Source: Eledone cirrhosa (lineage: Eukaryota). Taken from it: a DNA stretch of 64,000 nt. The stretch spans positions 11,098,001 through 11,162,000 of the forward strand of contig OZ024754.1 of NCBI GenBank assembly GCA_964016885.1, given 5' to 3'. Positions within the stretch are counted from its first letter, which is position 1, and the number at the start of each line of letters is the position of its first letter. The position numbers and the translations under genes are program-made. The notes beneath the pieces were generated by a model. That model saw nothing but the letters and a program-made list of their open reading frames with translations. It did no database searches and was not told the origin of the DNA. Positions 36,954 through 51,875 of the stretch are shown here, in pieces.

Positions 36954-37841
36954 CTAGCAGAATGGCCCGGCGTTGCTCAGGCTTCTAAACATAGATTGGC
37001 ATGTTTATCCCTCCTTTCTGAAACAGTACAGAGAAGTACAGAATACCTCTGCCTGGGGATGGTCTCTACATTTTTGTGCTTAGGCAAATAATTTTCCATT
37101 AAGATTTTTCAAAAGCATGTAATTGCGTTCCCTCTCTTTTTTATTGTTTTTGCTGCTGTTGGTTGTTCTACTAACAAAGTCTCGTCCTTCAGCCAATCGT
37201 GTATATCCCCTTCTACTTCGTCTACCTAAACAATAATTGTAGCACCTCCTTGTACACAATGTTCCGTGTCGGGCACACGCAAAGAGATTTGTCTTGCTTC
37301 CCACTCTTGAGCAGCCAACGTATGGTTGCCCGTGTGAAAAACATGACTCTTCCAAAAGAAGACCAGCAACAGCTAGGGTCTGACCCTGGGATTTGTAGAT
37401 AGACATTGCAAAGCTGACACGGTTCGGCGAATGGTTCGTTGGTTGTCTGTTTCAAATGCTCTTCTGGTGGCAGTACGTTCAGCATCTTGTGACCGTCGAA
37501 TAGCAGATTCCACTGACGATTCGTTTGCCCGCCTTGTTCTTTTTCTTGCCGCTTTCGCAGTATTACGGCCAATGGAGTATCTCTTTCTTCGAGGCATGAC
37601 CTAAAAGCAGGACGAAGTACACTAAGACTAACTGGTAGAGTAAGGAGTAAACTTGTCAGTGATGCATGTGATTTCCGAACCGTTGACTATGTAATTGCTG
37701 GCCTTGTGCCAAAAGTAGTGGGACTTTTTGGGTGGCATATTGGCAGTAACAATGACAATAAGCCGTCTGTGCTTTCATGAAATAAATACGTTTGTTTATA
37801 TTTTGTTTTTGTGTATGCAAAAATATCTGTACACAAATATA

Positions 37842-37883
<42 letters not shown>

Positions 37884-38408
37884 TAACAGATTAAAATTTA
37901 AGCAAAGAATCGCTGCTTTCACCCTTAACGGGATCTTCTGAAATAAATTTAAAAAAATCAATCTTTGAACGCAGAAGTAAATATTTTGTAAAACGTTGCA
38001 ACCGAAGGAAAACAGGAAGACGATACTTTGGTTCGTGAAGAGGTTCCCTGGCAATGAAGAGAAAATAGCAAAGATAATACGTCAGCAATGAGAACAATAT
38101 TTGTCATAATGTTGTAATGCAGACAGCCAGACATTCAGGCATATTATAAGGGCGCAACACTATAGCTTTGTATCTATCTAAAAAGACAGACTAAGAAAGA
38201 GAGAGAGATTGATAACCGGCACCTAACACCCCTTTAACAACAGAAAATTGAAAAATAAAAGCAGCAGTTAATATCTTTAGACGGCAAGGAATATATAAAT
38301 GCAAGTTTGAAGTCAATCGGAGTACAAAGGTGGATTTGTATAGACTATGCAAAAATTAGTAGACGGGCACACACACAGACAATTTCAGTTTTATATATAT
38401 ATATATAT
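36954..38408 (-). mobile_element. Internally deleted Helitron (RepHel N-terminus fused to helicase C-terminus)
   Basis: 3' hairpin plus CTAG at 36954-36981; Pif1-like motifs SIYKSQGQTL..CFSHGQPYVGCSRV..TRNIVYKEVL; N-terminus MPRRKRYSIGR at 37597. The 5' boundary is approximate. Confidence 0.82.
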
Positions 38409-38535
38409 GTATGTATTGATAAATAAAATCTCTGACGTTATAGGGAAAATCCTAAGGAACAAAAACTATGGAATGCTTCACGTCTATTTATGAAAGAAAA
38501 AGAAAAAGAAAAAGAAAAAGAAAAAGAAAAAGGAA

Positions 38536-38567
<32 letters not shown>

Positions 38568-39046
38568 AAGAAAAAGAAAAAAAAAATCAGCAGATTTTTG
38601 ATCAACCAACTTTCTTCAATTGAATAATATACATATATAGATATATATATATATATACATATATACATATATATACATAGTTGCTAGTTACTGTATTGTT
38701 TAGCTGTAAGAGTTGCATTATGACTTCTCATTGATATTTAGGTGTAAGCAGGTCAGAGCACTGCACATCAATTGTATCTATCCAGCTTAAATGTGGCAAT
38801 CAAACGTAACGGAGTTACCATGTATGAAATAAACATTAACACAAAAGTTATATAATCATATTTATTACACGTATTTCTGTGGTACCGGCATATATATATA
38901 GATATATATATATAGTAATAATAATAAATTTGAAGACTAAAATCCAAAGAGGGCTTGATAAGGATTCTTTTCTTAAACATTAATCTGTTATTTTAATAAA
39001 TAAATATATATATATATATATACACAGACCCTCCATCTCAACTCTA

Positions 39047-39082
39047 CTTTTGAAAAGCAGAAGAACTGCGAAACCGGTAAAG
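39047..39082 (+). ncRNA. Minimal hammerhead motif, U3-A8 core variant
   Basis: CTT-TTGAAAA-GCAG-AAGAA-CTGC-GAAA-CCGG-TA-AAG, just downstream of (TA)n. Confidence 0.65.
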
Positions 39083-42017
39083 GAACCAAATAAATATATT
39101 TAAAAAAAAAAAAGACTCCAGTTGCATTTTCGATTTCATCTTTTTTCTTTATACTTTCACTCGTGTAGGACACCTCGGTTATTTTTCATTTTGTAAAAAA
39201 AAAAACTTTCTAATATATATATACATATATATAAATTTTCCATAATCTTATTTAAGAACATCTGTTAAATTATAAATAGAACAACTTGATAATTAGAAAA
39301 TTATTTTAATAAATGCTTTTAAATTTTTGATTATTTTAAAAATTATTAAATAATATAAACCATGGGGCTGTGTCTTTTATTAGAAATATAGGAACAAATG
39401 GGTTAACCCTTTAGCATTTATATTATACTCTATATTTACTATTGTATTTTTGCAGTAAAGGCTTTATCTTACATAATTATCTCTCAATATCAAATCTATA
39501 AGATTTTGATATTACTTATTTTGAGACCAATACTTTAACATCAGTATGAGTGGCTATTTACAACCAGTTCAAACAGAAAGGGTTGAAAGAATTCTGACCA
39601 GATACAGCTGGTTTAAATGCTAAAGGGTTAAATAAGACTGGGTTGTATTGTAGCGAGACTGGAATCGTGGGGAAGAATAGTTTAAGAAGACCTATTCTGT
39701 TTCTTTTTTTTTAGTGTGCGTGCTGCTAAGAAAGCTATCTTTGGAATGGTGAAATGGAGGGTTCTGCAAAGTTGGTAGAGACCTTCTTGGCAAGAGACCA
39801 GAAAATCTAGTTGTAATTTGAGAGATGGGAAAGCTTGTAAATTGTGCAATACACAAAATATCCAGGCATAGTGAGGAGAGTAAGTGAGTAAAAGTTTTCC
39901 AGTTCATGTTGAGGTGGAGTGACTTCCATTAAGTAATATAAGCAATGTTCTTTCCTTAAACCGCTACAGCAAAGCTGTGTGTATATCATTTGAAAGTTTT
40001 AGAGATTATAGGCTTTCGTTGTATGTGATATGGGGAAAAGTGACAGACACATTAATGGTTTCTAATAAAGGCACAAAGCCAGCAGTTTCAGGATAGGGGA
40101 AAATCAATTAACCCTTTAGCATTTAAACAGGCCATATCCGGCCAGAATTCTCTCATCTAATTCTGTTCAAACTGGCTGTAACCAGCCGTCCATACTTATG
40201 TTAAGGTATTGTTCTGAAAATAAATATCAAAATCTCATAGACTTGATAGTATGTGAGATAATTATATAAGATAAAACCTTTACCATGAAAATATATTAGT
40301 ATATATAGAGTAATGTAAATGATAAAGAGTTAAATCAACCCTAGACCTTGATTTTTATCAACCCTGTAAAGATGAAAAACAAAAAAATACTATCTAACCT
40401 GGTGATCTTAATACATTTATCTCCTATTTCCTATTTTCTCTATTATAGTTGTTTGTTTTTTTTTTGTCATGTATTTTCTTTGTTTTTGTTTTCATACTGT
40501 GTAACGAGTAATGAGTTGAAAGCTTCTAGAAAGTGAAGATCAATCTTGAGAAAAGCATGAATGCCACACAACCTCATACTCTTCTGCAGTAAATTTCCTT
40601 GCTGAAATAATAAGTATTTCAACAAGTCTTCTATTTTACAATAAAACAAGTGTCAGAGAAGTTTGCAAAAAGCAAAAACCAAGATGTTATCTCTCCTTTC
40701 TAAGACCAGAGAACCCGAACATTAAGAATGAGAAGAATTCATGTGAAACATGAGCCAGGCCAACATTGAATCAAACTGAAAATTTTAATATAAGCTGTGG
40801 GATTGTTTTGATTCAGCCTTGTTCTTAAATTCTAACTTCCCTCTATCTCATTCCTTAAAACAATCTTCAAATATAATAAATTGATGGAATCAGGAGAGAC
40901 AGGAAACGTTACAAAAGTACTAATAACTACATCATCATCAACGTTTAACGTCCGTGTTCCACGCTTGCATGGGTTTGGACGGGGGTAGTCCCACTTGAGG
41001 CAAGAGTGATTGTCTTGCTCGCATAGGACTGTCTGGCAGGGTTTCTACAGTTGGATGCCCTTCCTAACACCAACCACATTTACAGTGTGGGTCTGGGAGG
41101 TTCTTACCGTGTTGCCTACACGGCCACATTACAGCGTGGACTGTGTGTTTTTTTGTCGTGACACCTACACGATCTCATTTGTTTCGGCCTATGGCGCGGC
41201 ACCAACATAACTTTACATAGAACGGGGTGGTGTGGATGGGGTGGGGGTGGTGGTGGTGATACAGTAAAATTTCGTTATAACAAAATTTGCCGTAACAAAA
41301 AATTCTTTATAACGAGATCGATAGAAACAAAACGAGCGTTTGTTCGTTATACTGAAAAAGCCTTTATAATGGTATTCATTATAACGGAATTTTACCTGTA
41401 ACACAAAATAAATAACACTAGCTGACCTCATGGAAATTCCACAATTCAATTAGAAACAACTACCAAGTATTAACAATTAAAACATTTTAAGTGTTTTTAT
41501 AAGTTTTGTTTACACATATGATACAACTCTTTCCCCTTGGACACCCTGCGACCACCTCCCATTGATGGATGTGAAATCCGAAAGATAGGGACTAATAAAT
41601 CACTTCCAAGTTAACTATCTCTCGTCTTTTTACGCCTTTTACACTCTACGTCTCTTTCTATACCCCTCTCCGTGCTCGCGCGCGTGAGTGCATGCATGCA
41701 TGCATGCATGCATATATGTTAAATACGCCGGGGTCCGTCAACACACCCACACACACAATATAGAGAGAAAAACACAGATACATGCGGACACACACATATA
41801 CATGAATATATCCACACATATCCCCGAGTTAGTGGTGCCAACCTCAACCGATGTTGCTCTATGAATAACTGGGACAAAACAATCCGAATGGGTTAGGCCG
41901 ATTCAGGGGCTTAGCTCTGATTCTTGACCACTGTATCACGTGATTGACTCTCCCTCCACCTTTTCGAGATTCTATCTCGCGTGTTGCAGACATGTTTTGA
42001 AATCCTTAATGAGGTAT

Positions 42018-42105
42018 CCCCTTGATAAGTCGGTAGAACCTCACAAAGACTATCTCTATGATCTTGTGTTTTTGCATAATATGTCACGAAACTACGTAGT
42101 CGGGG
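42018..42105 (+). ncRNA. Type I hammerhead motif, U3-A8 variant with palindromic stem III
   Basis: CCCC-TTGATAA-GT...AC-GAAA-CTACGTAG-TC-GGGG; ACTACGTAGT is self-complementary; stem II is imperfect. Confidence 0.7.
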
Positions 42106-42789
42106 TGGATCAGAGACAGACAGGTATGATATATCTTATTACTAATTATATCTGATGTTTCTTCTCTCTTCATAATGTACTCATATATTTATATATATAT
42201 ATATATAAATATATAACAACAGAAAGCCGGACTGGAAAATTTGCTTTAGAATTTTAATTCCGTATATTTCCATGGCCCAGCTCCATGATCCAATTATGAT
42301 GCAAGACAAGGCGACCTCATCAGGCAACTCACACATAATTACTTAACAGGAATACATTGAACCCAAATGGAAGATAGGAAATAGAAAATTGAAAATTTGA
42401 TTCGGGAACTACCTGCAAAAAATGTCATATTGGTATGAAGCAGTCCCCGAATGGATGGCATTTTATCCGATACTCTAACAATTCTACCAACCAACCACCC
42501 TTTGTTGTAAACAATATTAAATATAAACAAGATCAAGCATAGGAAAATTTGAAAATATAGTTGCTGTGCAGATAACCACAATAATAGTTGATAACTACAG
42601 ATAATAGTAGAACAAAATGGGCAAAGCATCCGCAGAGATGGGAAAAAAAAAATGGGCAGTCAAATATTTTTCACCAAATCTATTAGAGGTAACATTTTTA
42701 TATATAGTATTTTCACACAAGATAGAATGTCCAGCCCAGAAATTTTAAATATTTTAATTGGCCCTAACAAAACCAATAACCTATTACAT

Positions 42790-43288
42790 AGCAGAATATA
42801 GTACAGTAGAATATAGTACAGCAGTAAATAGTAGAGCAGAATATAGTATAGTACAGCTAGTACAGTAGAATATAGTACAATAGAATATAGTACAACAGAA
42901 TATAGTACAGCAGAATATAGTACAGCAGAATATAGTACAGCAGAATATAGTACAGCAGAATATAGTATAGTATAATATAGTATAGTATAGTATAGTATAA
43001 TAGAATATAGTATAATAGAATATAGTATAATAGAATATAGTATAATAGAATATAGTATAATAGAATATAGTATAATAGAATATAGTATAATAGAATATAG
43101 TATAATAGAATATAGTATAATAGAATATAGTACAGCTAGTACAGTAGAATATAGTACAGTAAAGTAGAATATAATCAGCAGAATATTGTACAACAGAATA
43201 TAGTATAATAGAATATAGTAGAATATAGTACAGTAGAATATAGTATAGTACAGTAGAATATAGTATAGTACCGTAGAATATAGTATAG
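42790..43288. repeat. 15-bp AT-rich minisatellite
   Basis: Units AGAATATAGTACAGC and AGAATATAGTATAAT. Confidence 0.92.
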
Positions 43289-43574
43289 ATAAACCATGCT
43301 AGCTAGAAAAATGGACGTTAAATGATGATGATGTATAACTACTCAAGTGCATCACTAACAATTATAAAAATACTAGAGCACGTTTTATTGAAGTCCAGAA
43401 ATGTATCATCATCATCACTGTTTTACGTCCATTTTCCACACTAGCATGGTTAGATGAGTTGTCCTGTTGTGGGCATGTCTCGTTCATAGAGAACTGATTT
43501 GGGCTTGGTTTCTACAGCTGGATGTCCTTCCTAACGCCAACCTCATTTACAGTCAGTGAGTACTGTAAAAAAAT

Positions 43575-43765
43575 AGGTTATAAAGTCTAGCTATGGACGA
43601 GGTATACATTATAGTTAAGGACCACAAAGAGAAATTTATCTCTAATCCAAAATGTAGACTAATTAATCCAGCTAAAACAGATAGGACTAATCAGCAAGAA
43701 AATCTTATCTAAGATTAATAATAATATTGGAAAATCAACCAGACTCCAGCAATGACACAACAGAC
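43575..43765 (+). pseudogene. Penelope-like element RT fragment
   Basis: EVYIIVKDHKEKFISNPKCRLINPAKT-/-IGLISKKILSKINN..RLQQ*; one frameshift at 43680; the motif resembles Naiad-type PLE RT (recalled). Confidence 0.75.
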
Positions 43766-44041
43766 GGACATTAATCAGTTTAAAAAAACTATTCCTGACA
43801 CCGGCACAAGACCTGTAATTTGGTGGGGAAGAGGAAAGTCAATTAAATTGAACCCAGTACATTACTGGTACTTTATTTTATTGACCCCAGAGGGATGAAA
43901 GCCAAAACTGACCTAGGGGGGATGTATAATTCAAATCCCACAGGTTAGCGTTGCTTTGTATGCTTCTTGGATCAATAAAATAAAGTACCAGTTATATACT
44001 GCAGCCAATTTAATCGATTTTACACTCCCCCATGCCACGCG

Positions 44042-44655
44042 ACACCTTAAGTTGTCTAAATTAGAAACTATTATTATTAATAAACAAGGGCGGTGAATTG
44101 GCAGCATCGGTAGAGTGTCGGACATGCTTTCCAGCATAGTTATGTCCCTTTACGATCTGAGTTCAAATCCCGCCGAGGTTAACTTTGCCTTTCATCCTTA
44201 CGGGGTCGATAAAATAAAGTACCAGTAATATACTGGAATAATTGCTGGCCTTGTGCCAAAAGTAGAAACTATTATTATTAATAAACCTAACTGTAGCTTT
44301 ACCCAGTTTAACCTTGTTTGTTTTCACCCTTTGACCTCTCTTTAAGATAAGATGTTGAGAGATCAAAGTCTGAAACAAACGAGGTTAAACTGGGCAAAGC
44401 TATTAATGTTTATTAATAATTGTTTCTACTTTAGGCACAAGGCCAGCAATTACCCAGTGCATTACTGGTACTTTATTTTATCGATCCCGTAAGGATGAAA
44501 GACAAAGTTAACCTCAGCGGGATTTGAACTCAGATCGTAAAGGGACATAACTATGCTAGAAAGCATGGCGGCCAACCCTCTATCAAAACTACCAATCCAC
44601 CACCCTATGTTCATTAATAATAATAGTTTTTAATTTAGGCAACAACTTTAGGTGT
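44042..44655. repeat. ~610-bp imperfect fold-back including two opposed SINEs
   Basis: Symmetry covers the SINE bodies, the outer flanks (ACACCTTAAGTTG / CAACTTTAGGTGT) and the inner non-SINE sequence up to a ~16-nt loop at 44341-44356. Confidence 0.8.
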
Positions 44656-44889
44656 GGGGTAGGGGGGGGGGGGGTATAAAATTAAGACATCACCAAAAGG
44701 AAACAATAACAGACATATATACCTAAAAATTATTATGAATACAAGAAAGATAATGCTTTGGGTCAAAAATTCAGATATTCAACATCTGTACGGAGTAATT
44801 TGATAACAGATAGATATATATGCAATCTTGTTGGTCTATAAATACTGAACATATTAAGAGTAAAATTTGTTACATGAAACATAGGGTTT

Positions 44890-45960
44890 ATATAGAGATG
44901 GTCCAAGCTGCACAATTGCTACCACCATCGACTGGATTCCACAATCCCTCTTCCCTCTTTAGTTCAACCATCCTATAACACATCAAAATTCAAACAGCCA
45001 TCAGAAAAATTGAAACTGACAAATGTCCAGAGCCAGACAACACCCCTGCTGAAATTTTCAAGAAAGGTAGGCATTCACTGACCAACACATATCATCATCA
45101 TCATCATCATCATCATCATATCATCTGAGAGAGACAAGTTCCATCTGACTTCAAAACTAGACAGATTTTTATGGGCAAAACCAACTGGCAAGAGATCTTA
45201 GGGTAGACCCTGAGTAAAATGGTTGGATAACATCCATGAGCCCAGCTGGATCAATTGGAAATGGTTGCTTCTGACAGGACCCGCTGGAGGGAGTGTTTGA
45301 GGGCACTGCCTACACAACTCTCTCAGGAATAAGTGGTTGAAAGAGGAGGAGATCAAGCAGGCTGTGGAAGAAAAAATAGCAACACCTATATCCTAGAACA
45401 AGTATAAATGACAAGCATTGAGGCAATGATTCTCAGACATCAGATATGTTGGACTGGTCAAGCTCAAAAGATGGATATCAAACAACTCCCCAAAACCATC
45501 TTTTATTCTGAACTGGTACTAGGGAAATATTATCAAGGAAGAATACAAGTAAAGTTCAGCTACATCTTGAAATGAAACCTCATCTGCAATATCCAATCAT
45601 TGGAGTTAGAAACTGTCTCTTCTTTGCCCACTTATTCCCGAGAGGGTCATAGGGGCAGAGTCCTCAAACACTCCAGCCAAGCTCATGGATGTTATCCAAC
45701 CATTTGCTCAGGGCCTACCCCTGGGTCTCCTGTCGGTCGAAACTGTCTCAACAGAGAAATATCTGACATCTAGGCTGTGAATACTTTGACCATGACAAAG
45801 TATAATAAAAGGAACACCAGAAATGTCTAGTTAGAAATAAACGACTGACCGTCACCGGTGAAGACTGACCACCAGTGATTCTGTACAGAGAATGTCATTA
45901 AATGTTTCAATCAAATCTGGGTATCCACAGTCACCTGAGAGCCCATGTTAGAAGACAGTG
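44890..45960 (+). mobile_element. Decayed RTE (BovB-like) LINE with internal deletion
   Basis: AIRK..DKCPEPDNTPAEIFKKG; IEAMILRHQICWTGQAQKMDIKQLPKTIFYSEL; terminal HSHLRAH zinc-finger remnant. Confidence 0.7.
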
Positions 45961-46410
45961 AAACAAAACAATTGGAGTAGGTGAGACATCTTATATCAAT
46001 GAAGCCCACAATGACAAGTTCCTCTATGTTTCCCTATCACCTACACCCTCCTCACCAAATCCCTGGCCTTTAATTCCTCCTCTATCATCTTTAACCATAT
46101 CTTTCTTGATTTTCCTCTTCATCTACTTCCTTCCATGTTCATTTCCATCAATCCTCTCACCCAATTACTCTCAACCTTCCTCAACACATGACCTAACCAT
46201 CTCATTCCATCAGTGGTTCTATTCCCATCATTCTCTGCAATTCATTGTCTTCCCCTTTCTCAGCAATACTCCACTCATACACAACATGCATGGTCTAAAA
46301 GAGTGACTAAAAGATGTTGCACCTTGAGCAGTATCTAGCTGTAAAACAAAAAGGACCTCTTGAAATTCTTTATATTGCTACTAAAAACATGAAATATATA
46401 AGAGACTTAC

Positions 46411-46518
46411 TTCATCATACATAAACTGTAGCGTGAGGGCAGATTTGCCAACACCACCACTTCCAACCATAATAACTTTGTGGATCACAGCGGGTTGTTG
46501 TGCTTTGGCCTTTGACAT
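46411..46518 (-). CDS. Ral: Ral GTPase coding exon 1
   Basis: [36 protein letters not shown]|GTAAGT. A polypyrimidine tract plus CAG acceptor at 46551-46550 means the exon starts at 46549 with 31 nt of 5' UTR. Confidence 0.97.
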
Positions 46519-47564
46519 GTTTTTGCAGAATTGTCCACCTTGCCAACAACTGAAAAAGGAAAAAAAATGATAATTTCTTAACAAAAAATATATTTATTCT
46601 CAACATTCTATACTACATTAAACAACATTAGCAAGACATTCTTGAAATGTACAAAACAACAGTATGACTGCATCACATTCAAAGTATTTACCTTAACCCT
46701 TTAGCATTTAAACCAGCCGTAACCGGCCAGAATTCTTTCACCTCTTTCTGTTCAAATCAGACAAAACTGGCTGCTCATACTTATGTTAAGGAATTGTTCT
46801 CCAAATATATAATATCAAATTCTCGTACATTCAATATCATGCAAGATAATTATATGGAATAAAGTGTTTACCATGAAATTATAATAGTAAGTATAGAGTA
46901 ATATAAATGCTAAAGGGTTAACTCTTTAGCATTTAAACCAGCTGTATCCGATCAGAATTCTCTCACCTCTTTCTGTTCAAACCAACCATAACCAGCTGCA
47001 CATACTTATGTTAAGGTATTGTTCTCAAAATAAATAAAATCTTGTAGATTCAATATTGTGTGAGATAAAGCCTTTACCGTGAAAATATAATAGTAAATAT
47101 AGAGGTAATGTGTATGTTAAAGGGTTAAAATAGTGACAATTTTCACAATGATCTGTTGTCCCCTAACAAAGAATAGACATTTGTATTAAAACTACATTTA
47201 GATATTCTGTGCTAAATCATTATACCATAGCAATTAATTAATTGTCAATTGAAAATGTCCAAATAGCAGTCAACTAATTACCACAACCTTCTCAGATACC
47301 AGAAAAGAATGAACTGCTTAGGAGCTACTTGGTAGAAATTTCCGAATATCTACAAGTCACCCTAAAATCCATAAACCCATTGAAAAATTTGAATGAACCG
47401 TTTGTGAGACAATGCAACAGATTTATAAGGAAGAGAATGGAAGTTAACAAAATTCCAGCTTTCAGTGATATGAGACAAAGACAACAGACAGAGAGAGATA
47501 CACAAAGACAGCGAGGGGGGGGGGGGGTGAAAGAGAGGGGGAAGATTCACACACACATACAAAG

Positions 47565-48760
<1,196 letters not shown>

Positions 48761-50071
48761 TGACAAAGACACTAATACTATATGTTGAAACAAAAAAGGG
48801 GTTAGATGACTCAGCACATTATCAGATTTATGTAATAAGTATTAACTATACAAAAATAGCCTTGAGAAAGTGATAGGTCTATTATATCATTACCTGAGAG
48901 ATTTACCCGATTTAAGAGGAGGAGAGGGGTTGAGACAAAAGCTGTAGGATTACTAAGCCAATGTGCAGAGGTAGCATAGGGGTCAGGTGAGTGAAAGAAA
49001 CCATCATGAAATATACAGTGGAGAATGAAGCTAGTCAGACCAGGATTCACCATAAGGTTGGTGAACAATACATTGTTAGGGCTCCCACCTACGTACTGTA
49101 TATACCGGCATGTAAGCCAAGATATATGTGACAAAAAATTTGATAGTAAAATGGGGGGGGGGGGGGGACATTGAAGGTGTATGGAAAGGAGAGATAAGGG
49201 AGAGTAGTGTGTACTAGATGTATGCTTCAACCTGTCCACATGGAAAGCGGGTCTTCTGTATTATTGCATAACGCCAGAGATCTCGATCCCATGAGAAGTG
49301 CAATTTTGCAAGGTCAGCTTTTATCACCTCATACCAAGCCTTCTTAGGTCTTCCTACTCCATAGCTTCCATCAACTTTGAGCGCCCTGCATCTTTTTATT
49401 CAACTATCTTCAGGCATACGCAACACATATCCATACCAATGCAATCTCCTCATCGATGTTGTCCAAAGGAAAGGCAAAGGTTGATACAGCTTGACACCGA
49501 TGACGTCGCTACTCATTTCTACAGCTGAGTAAACTGGAGCAACATGAACAAGTCTCTTCCTCAAAGTCATAACATATCACCCAGTCTGGAAACTCACAAC
49601 CTCACAATTGCAAGCCCAAAACTAACTGTTAAGCCAAATAGTGACACAGATGAATGGATCAACGAGATTTCCAGTCCTTATCTACTGTCTAGCAAAATAG
49701 GTATGATAACAGCAAGAAATTGGATTACTTGTCACAGTTATGTTTACATCTATGTTGGATGCCATAAAGATGGTGCAAGTCAAGTTGGGTAAAGGAAAGT
49801 GGCAGGAGTTCCATATGGAAGGAAGGAAGAAGGAATACACAGGAAAGGAAGATATGGACAGAACTGGTGAAAGCTGACCTCAAAATGTTGAACCTTACAA
49901 TGGAGATGACAAAATAATGCAACCAGTGGCAAGATGTTGATTTGGAGAAGATCTGTCCACCCCATACAAATATGGAAAAATAGACATGATGATGAAATAT
50001 AACTATATTCATAAATATTCACATATTTTTCTAATAGACTGAATCAAATTTTCATGCCTAATTCACAAAAA

Positions 50072-50149
<78 letters not shown>

Positions 50150-50618
50150 GGGCTTCTGTGCAGTTTCCATCTACCAAATTCACTCAAAATATTGCTTTAT
50201 CATGGCTATAATAGAAGACATAACTACGGTGTCATGCAATGAGATTGAACTTGAAGTCACATGGTTTGTTGAAAACACAAACAGTGTAGTAGCTATATTG
50301 AACAAAATATTCCTCAAAGTAGCGTAAGATACAACCCCAATTACACAAAAGAAATAGGCAACTTCATTTTAACACTTTAGCATTTAAACTGACCATATCC
50401 GGCCAGATTTCTCACCCTTTTTCTGTTCAAACCGGCTGTAACAGGCCACTCATACCGATGTTTAGGTATTGTTCTCAAAATAAATATCAAAATTTAATAG
50501 ATTCGATATCATGTGAGATAAAGTGTTTACCGTGAAAATACAATAGTAAATATAGAGTAATGGAAATGGTAAAGGGTTAAAAAAAAAAATACAAAGACAA
50601 CCATAAATGTAATGCAGC

Positions 50619-50669
<51 letters not shown>

Positions 50670-51229
50670 AAATAAAACTCAGCATCAAACAACTAAACAG
50701 GAAAACAAACCAAAAAAAAAAAAAAAGCTTGCAATTAATTCAAAGCCAATAGAAACTGTAAAAATAGTCAATAGAGTAAGTAGCAGTTTCTTCAACAACA
50801 ATAACAACAACAACAAATAATAGACCGTGACTGAAATGAAAAGGTACAAACAGCCACTGCTGTTTTGCGGCTTCTATGTGAAATATACTATCGAATTGAA
50901 GCGACGCAATTATAGATTTTGTCTGAAATATTTAAGTCATGTTATATGTCCTTGATATCATTGATTCTAAATATTTCCTACTACAGTCTTTTCTGGCATT
51001 TCATCTGTTTTGTTGTTGTTTACATTATATTAAACTTCAGGTATAAAGTCGTAAGAAATTACTTTCAAGGAGTAAACTCATAAAATCAATTGTATTCTGC
51101 AGCCTTTGTAAATATCATATTTTACTGATTTTTTTTTATTTTATTTGATTTTTGATTTTTTTAATCACATTGCTGCTCAACAGTAAAATGACAATTGTGA
51201 TGAGGAAAAAGGCAATGGTGGTGGTGCAA

Positions 51230-51875
51230 TGGTGATGGTGAAATGGCAACGATGATGGCGACGGTGAAATGGCGACAATGAAATGGCAATGATGCAACGG
51301 TGACTGAAATGGCAACAATGCAATGGTGACGGTGCAATGGTGACAGTTAAATGGCAACGGTGAAATGGTGACGGTGAAATGGTGACAGTTAAATGGCAAC
51401 GGTGCAATGGTGACAGTTAAATGCCAATGGTGACAGTGAAATGGCAATGGTGACAGTGAAATGGCAATGGTGACAGTGAAATGGCAATGGTGACAGTGAA
51501 ATGGCAATGGTGACAGTGAAATGGCAATGGTGACAGTGAAATGGCAATGGTGACAGTGAAATGGCAATGGTGACAGTGAAATGGCAATGGTGACAGTGAA
51601 ATGGCAATGGTGACAGTGAAATGGCAATGGTGACAGTGAAATGGCAATAGTGCAATGGTGACAGTGAAATGGCAATAGTGCAATGGTGACAGTGAAATGG
51701 CAATGGTGCAATGGTGACAGTGAAATGGCAATGGTGCAATGGTGACAGTGAAATGGCAATGGTGCAATGGTGACAGTGAAATGGCAATGGTGCAATGGTG
51801 ACAGTGAAATGGCAATGGTGCAATGGTGACAGTGAAATGGCAATGGTGCAATGGTGACAGTGAAATGGCAATGAA
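51230..51875. repeat. 20/28-bp minisatellite
   Basis: AATGGTGACAGTGAAATGGC units, with a 28-bp variant adding AATGGTGC. Confidence 0.93.
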
